A stretch of DNA of 24,867 nt from Peribolospora baueri. Its lineage: Eukaryota. The stretch is from assembly GCA_029717555.1 (NCBI GenBank), contig JAMDHS010000013.1, positions 310,001 through 334,867 of the forward strand, in the 5' to 3' direction. Both the position numbers and the translations under genes were made by a program. The notes below the pieces were generated by a model, which saw nothing but the letters and a program-made list of their open reading frames with translations, was not told the DNA's origin and made no database searches. Positions 20,222-24,867 of this stretch are shown here, piece after piece (the stretch's first letter is position 1; each line of letters starts with the position of its first letter).

Positions 20222-23200
20222 ATGTCCTCTTCCCCCTCCTCGCCGCCCTCCCAACCACCACCCTCTTCGCCGCTGTCCTTCTGCTCTTCCCTCTCCTCCT
20301 CCCCGCCCTCAGCAAAGTCCAAGCTCAGGCCGCTCTTCGATCACAATCACGATCACCCTCACAGCTCGACGACAACGTCTCACTCAGCGGCCAACGGCAG
20401 ACCCTCCCTCTCATCAGCCCCGTCCTCCTACTCCGCCTCCGCCATCCTCATCCCCGCCGACGTCCCCGCCGCCTCCGCCGGCTCAGACGCCGCCAACCTC
20501 ACCCACGCCTTCTACCCAGGCACTGGCGCTTTCCGCTTTGTCTTTGGCAGCCACAACCCGCACCGACACCCGCTCCTCAATCCCAAGACCTCCCCGCCCT
20601 CCGCTCTCGCCCGAGCCGCCGAGAGCGAAGACGCTGCCGCCACCGGCCAAGCTCAGACGCCGACGTCTCCTCCGCCGATCGCTTCGTCGAACACCGCCGG
20701 CGAAGAGAAGATGCCTGTCATCGCTTCACACCGCCTCTCCCGCCCTTCTCCCGCCGTCGCCCCGACCACCGCTGCCACCGCTTCCGGCCCGACCACGACC
20801 GGCACCGGCACCGGCACCGGCACAGGCACGACCACAGGCACCTCCTTCAAGCCGCCCGCCCACAAATCCGCACACCACCTTCACAACATCCCCTCCTCCA
20901 CCCGCACGCCCCGTAACCTCACCCTCGACTATCTCGTCTGGCTCGCTTGTGAGGCTAGAAGGACGCAGGCCAGACGCGCCCTCGTCCTCGTACACCGTCC
21001 CGGAGTCGGAGCCGCCGCCGACGGAGACGGTCAGTCCATCACACCGGCCAGGACCTATGCCGATTTCGAAAGGACGAGGAGAGACGGGTTGCAGAAAGCC
21101 GTCGATGAGGCGGCCCTCGCGGACGACGACCTCCCCCACGGTCACCAACACCCGGCTTCCCACCATGCCCCACGCGCCCACGCAGTAGCCTCCTTGGAGC
21201 CGCACGCCTCCGGATTCGAAAAGGTCATCGGAGGCATGTTGGGTCCTCCCGCCGTCTCTTCTCGTACCTCTTGGGATCGCTTCGATCATGGTGCCGGAGC
21301 GGACGTGTCTTTGGAGCCGGCGGCGAGGGAGAAGGAGGCGACGTTGGCCAAGGCCCCTGCCTGGACTTCAGTCGCGTGGATGGTCTCCGCGGCGGCCGCC
21401 GGCTCATCTGAAACGACGACGGCGATGACGACCGCGGCCAGCTTGCCGCTCGAGCTGAGGAGGAGGATGGCGCTCGCAGGTCTTCTCAAGGCGGTGTTTG
21501 GCCCGCCCTTCGACGCAAAGCCGTCCGGCCGTCCTACCTCCTCCACCGCTCTTTCCCGCCTCGCTGACATCAGCGCTGGCTCCTTGCCCGCGGTCGGCGA
21601 CGGCTCACGCTCCTCCGCTGCCGCCGCTGAGGCCGGTGAAGCGGGTCGTTCGGGCCAGGATTCTACCGCATATGCAGGAAACTGGCCCGCCGTCGTCGTC
21701 CGGCCATCCCTTCCGCCCAATAACGCTAGCGGCCGTCCCCTTCCCACCACCACCACCACCACCACCACCACCGCCGCCGCCGCCGCCGCCGCCTATGACG
21801 CCCCCACCACCACCGCCGCCGCCTACGATGCCCCCACATCCGGCGTGAGCTTCTTCTCCACCATCCCGCGCCATCTCCTGGATCGCAAGTTTGCCAGCGA
21901 GACTGCCGCCGAGTTTGTTGGCGCTGAGAGGCGGCCGACCGCTTCTTCTTCTTCTTCTTCGTCGTCGTCGTCGTCTTCTTCGTCTTCACCCCCGTCTCCG
22001 TCTTCGTCTGGCGCGGGGGAGATGCGGCACACTGCAGAATCTTCTTCTATATTCCACCCGTCCAACGGCTCCGCCGCATTCGGCCTCCAAGGCCAAGCCC
22101 AAGCCCAATCTCAAGGGCGAGGGCGAGGACAAGGTAGAGCGCGCGCGCCAACAGACCGAGTACCCCACATCGACTACCGCATCATCCGGGGCAGGGAAGC
22201 CCGGCGACTCGCGAGCGACTTGTTTGCGCGTGGCGTCGAGTGGGAGGAGGCGCAGAGGTTGGCTAGGGAGAGTGTTGAGTGCTTGGATAATGAGGTTGTT
22301 GGAGGATCGCCTGGGGTTGGAGGTGTGAAGAGGCTTGCGGAGGATGTGGAGGAGGATGGAGAGGGGGAGAGGGAGAGGAAGAGGAAGAGGGAGAAGGTCG
22401 ATACTTCTCAGTCCCAGTCGCAGCCTCCGACGACGACCACCACCACGCCGACCACGTCGTCGTCGTCGGCTGGGAAGAAATCCATCGGCAGCAGATCCGC
22501 CCCTTCGCTCGCCCGATGCGCCAGACACCATCGGTGCTGCTGTGGACCGTGCGGTCTCGTCGCTGGCGCGGAGGCCAGGCTGTCGAGTATGGGTCAGCAA
22601 CAAGAACAACAACAACAGCAGCAGCAGCAGCAAAGCTCGGCTCCATCTGACGGCTCCCTTAAGGTTGTTCCGCAGGCCATCGCCGTCGGGTACGGCGGAT
22701 CCCCCGTCGGAGCAGGGTTGATGAGCTTGGCTTGGCGACCGTCGTCCTCGGCTCCTTCGTCGTTTGCTTCGGCTTTGGGTTCTGCCTCGACGTCGGCGGC
22801 TTCCAAGATTGCCTCGACGTCGGCTTCCTCCAAGATTGCCTCGGCGTCCTCGGCGCCGACGACGCTGCCCGCCCTCGCAGACTCGATCGAGCTCTTCCTC
22901 ATCCTCTCCGCCAGCGTCGCCAGGCAGCTCGCCGCAGACGTGGCCAAGGAGGTCGACGACGCGTTTACCGGCGCCAACGCCGGTCGCCCTCCTTCTTCCG
23001 CCGGCGCGGGCGCGTTGGCGAGCGTTGTGGCCAAGACTAAGATGGAAGCTGCGGAGGGAGGCGAGCCACTGGCGACAACAAAAAGACACGTCGAGTCCGT
23101 CTCCGGCACCGTCACGCCAGACGAGGCGCTTCTCTCCGACGCCTGGCCGCCCGCTAGCTCCGACGGCCGCTTCGCCAGGCAAGTCGTGAGGAGCCTCAGG

Positions 23201-24796
23201 CTGCTCAAGGCAGGCCAGGGTGGCGGCGAGCGCGTCGTGCGCACCACCGCCGGCGCCACTACCCGATCTCGCGCTCGCGCTCGCGCTGAGAAATCGAAGC
23301 CGTCTGCTCCCGCCGGCGGGGTAGATGTGGAGATGGAGGATGCGGAGCGAGGGGAGGAGATGGAGGTGGAGGTGGACGCGGATGTGGACGCGGAGATGGA
23401 AGAATGGGAGCGTGGCGGATGGCGAGAAGAGTATGATCTGTCCGACCAGGACGGGTACGAGCTGGTGGATCAACGTCAGCGTCGTCGTCATCGTCGCACC
23501 GCCTCTGGATCCGGTCCGTCGGAGGAGGAAAAGGCCGCCGCGTCGGCTTTGTCCTCCATCTCGGCGTCGACGCGGCGGATCAAGTTGGAAGACTCCCACC
23601 AGCACCGGCAGCGTCAGCGTCAGCGTCGGAGGTTGGAGCTCACCGTCCGACCGACGCGCACCTTCTACGCCCTCCTCCTTTCCCTCCTCACCCACGCCTG
23701 TCTGGAAGGATACCTTTTGCACGGCTGGAAGGGGTCCGCGCCCGTTGATGTCCTCTTCGGCCTCGGCCTCCCTCCTGGCCGGACGACGCCGTTCGCTTTC
23801 GGCACGCTGGCCGGAGGAGGAGCGGGCGAGAAGGAGAAGGACGAGGACGAGGACGAGGAAGAGGGACGGGTGCCGTCGTCGCCCTCGCCGTCGTTCCTCG
23901 ACACCGACCTGGCCGAGGCCAAGCGCGTCCTCCTCTCCTCCTCCGGCGGAGCCATCGAGGCTCTCCTAGGCGGGCGAATGCATACCTCCGGCGATCCTAT
24001 GCCGATGGAAGGGGAGGAGGAGGAAGATGGAACAGATAAAGAGGAGGAGGGGGGCAAAGGCAAGGGGAGGAGGTCCGGTGGAGCTTCGACGCCGCCGCCG
24101 GTGGGCGCGCCGAGGAAGGAGTGGCGAGAGTTTGAGCGGTTGATGAAGGAGAGGGCCGCCGAGATCCTCACTATCTCGCCCGCCTCCGAGGACGGCGTGG
24201 CGTACGACGACGACAAGCCGCCGTCGGCCCCGCCCAGCCTGGCCGCACACCTCCTCTCGCTGTCATCCAAGTACCCGCGCGCGGCACTCGAGCGCAGCCT
24301 GCTCGCCTTTTGCGACTCGCTCAACGCCTGGATTGGTCGGCCCGATCTCGCCGGCTACAACGCCGGCGACGCGTCCCGCTCTCGTTCTGCCTTTGGCTCT
24401 GGCTCTGGCTCTGGCTCTGGCTTTGGCTCTGGCTCTGGCTCTGGCTTTGGCTCTGGCTCTGGCTTCGGTTTCGGCTCGGCTGGTGGCCTCGTCATGCCCG
24501 CCAACCCTACGCCGGTATCAGGTTCGGGAACAGAAGCGACTGCAAGTGCGGGGCCGCAGTCTGGGGCGGCGACGCCGTCGGTCGACGTCTCTTCCGCTGC
24601 CTCTTCTTCTTCTTCTGCCTCTGCGACGACCGCCGCCGCCGCGCTCCGCCGACCGTGCCGTCCGAAGCGACCGACGGTGGAGGAGGAGCGGAAGAGGAGG
24701 AAAGAGGCCAGGGAGGCTCTCGGCCTATGGTTCGAGGTCGACGTGGACGTCGTGCTCGTTCAGAGCGCGGGCGCCGCCGAGGAGGTGAAGGCCTAG
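20222..24796 (+). CDS. Large single-exon hypothetical protein (~1524 aa), low-complexity with folded-looking islands
   Basis: A 4.6-kb stop-free frame runs from the first ATG (20222) to TAG 24794-24796, followed by a T-rich tract. Non-repetitive islands: HKSAHHLHNIP..RNLTLDYLVWL, GFEKVIGGML, CARHHRCCCGPC, IELFLILSASVARQL, RPTRTFYALLLSLLTHACLEGYLLHGWKG, KYPRAALERSLLAFCDSLNAWIGRPDL. Confidence 0.8.
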   Translation: MSSSPSSPPSQPPPSSPLSFCSSLSSSPPSAKSKLRPLFDHNHDHPHSSTTTSHSAANGRPSLSSAPSSYSASAILIPADVPAASAGSDAANLTHAFYPGTGAFRFVFGSHNPHRHPLLNPKTSPPSALARAAESEDAAATGQAQTPTSPPPIASSNTAGEEKMPVIASHRLSRPSPAVAPTTAATASGPTTTGTGTGTGTGTTTGTSFKPPAHKSAHHLHNIPSSTRTPRNLTLDYLVWLACEARRTQARRALVLVHRPGVGAAADGDGQSITPARTYADFERTRRDGLQKAVDEAALADDDLPHGHQHPASHHAPRAHAVASLEPHASGFEKVIGGMLGPPAVSSRTSWDRFDHGAGADVSLEPAAREKEATLAKAPAWTSVAWMVSAAAAGSSETTTAMTTAASLPLELRRRMALAGLLKAVFGPPFDAKPSGRPTSSTALSRLADISAGSLPAVGDGSRSSAAAAEAGEAGRSGQDSTAYAGNWPAVVVRPSLPPNNASGRPLPTTTTTTTTTAAAAAAAYDAPTTTAAAYDAPTSGVSFFSTIPRHLLDRKFASETAAEFVGAERRPTASSSSSSSSSSSSSSSPPSPSSSGAGEMRHTAESSSIFHPSNGSAAFGLQGQAQAQSQGRGRGQGRARAPTDRVPHIDYRIIRGREARRLASDLFARGVEWEEAQRLARESVECLDNEVVGGSPGVGGVKRLAEDVEEDGEGERERKRKREKVDTSQSQSQPPTTTTTTPTTSSSSAGKKSIGSRSAPSLARCARHHRCCCGPCGLVAGAEARLSSMGQQQEQQQQQQQQQSSAPSDGSLKVVPQAIAVGYGGSPVGAGLMSLAWRPSSSAPSSFASALGSASTSAASKIASTSASSKIASASSAPTTLPALADSIELFLILSASVARQLAADVAKEVDDAFTGANAGRPPSSAGAGALASVVAKTKMEAAEGGEPLATTKRHVESVSGTVTPDEALLSDAWPPASSDGRFARQVVRSLRLLKAGQGGGERVVRTTAGATTRSRARARAEKSKPSAPAGGVDVEMEDAERGEEMEVEVDADVDAEMEEWERGGWREEYDLSDQDGYELVDQRQRRRHRRTASGSGPSEEEKAAASALSSISASTRRIKLEDSHQHRQRQRQRRRLELTVRPTRTFYALLLSLLTHACLEGYLLHGWKGSAPVDVLFGLGLPPGRTTPFAFGTLAGGGAGEKEKDEDEDEEEGRVPSSPSPSFLDTDLAEAKRVLLSSSGGAIEALLGGRMHTSGDPMPMEGEEEEDGTDKEEEGGKGKGRRSGGASTPPPVGAPRKEWREFERLMKERAAEILTISPASEDGVAYDDDKPPSAPPSLAAHLLSLSSKYPRAALERSLLAFCDSLNAWIGRPDLAGYNAGDASRSRSAFGSGSGSGSGFGSGSGSGFGSGSGFGFGSAGGLVMPANPTPVSGSGTEATASAGPQSGAATPSVDVSSAASSSSSASATTAAAALRRPCRPKRPTVEEERKRRKEAREALGLWFEVDVDVVLVQSAGAAEEVKA
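21746..21838 (+). repeat. Coding (ACC)n/(GCC)n tracts (polyT/polyA) with a duplicated T(n)A(n)YDAPT unit
   Basis: Encodes TTTTTTTTTAAAAAAAYDAPTTTAAAYDAPT. Confidence 0.85.
22784..22848 (+). repeat. Coding 27-nt tandem repeat (ASTSAASKI / ASTSASSKI / ASAS)
   Basis: The unit gcctcgacgtcggc...tccaagatt occurs twice, plus a partial third copy. Confidence 0.85.
24395..24480 (+). repeat. Coding hexamer repeat (GGCTCT/GGCTTT)n encoding GS/GF dipeptides
   Basis: Encodes GSGSGSGSGFGSGSGSGFGSGSGFGFGS. Confidence 0.9.
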
Positions 24797-24826
24797 TTCG
24801 TTTAGATCAGCAGATTCGCCCTTTCG

Positions 24827-24850
24827 TTTTTTTTTTTTTTTTTTTTTTTT
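24827..24850 (+). repeat. Poly(T) tract, 24 nt, just downstream of the large ORF's stop codon
   Basis: Direct count. Confidence 0.9.
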
Positions 24851-24867
24851 CGTTTTATTATTATGGT

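Noticed and set aside
21986..23722. 578-aa minus-strand ORF and other long overlapping ORFs (19887-21188, 22594-23259, 23665-24324)
   Set aside because: Shadow ORFs of a GC-rich low-complexity gene, with no recognisable motifs.

Overview
This is a gene-dense eukaryotic window with GT-AG introns of about 70-170 nt. Intron style and protein families point to a basidiomycete fungus (inference). By splicing and phase-checking by hand I reconstruct seven loci: (1) a Mis18/Yippee-family centromere protein on the minus strand, running off the left edge with an RGG-containing disordered tail; (2) an intronless BTB/POZ gene broken by two frameshifts; (3) an RRM + Cid1/TUTase-like non-canonical nucleotidyltransferase with a presequence-like N-terminus and four introns all of 3n length; (4) gamma-tubulin complex component GCP2 (Spc97/Alp4), 11 exons; (5) an uncharacterised, probably mitochondrial helical protein; (6) a SMYD (SET-MYND) lysine methyltransferase; (7) a single-exon ~1524-aa low-complexity protein with conserved-looking islands and a Cys/His motif. 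A microsatellite-rich 3.2-kb divergent spacer lies between loci 6 and 7. I recognised no mobile element, rRNA, tRNA or CRISPR array. The most interesting candidate is the possibly mitochondria-targeted or dual-targeted RNA 3'-tailing enzyme with Arg at the Cid1-H336-equivalent position.
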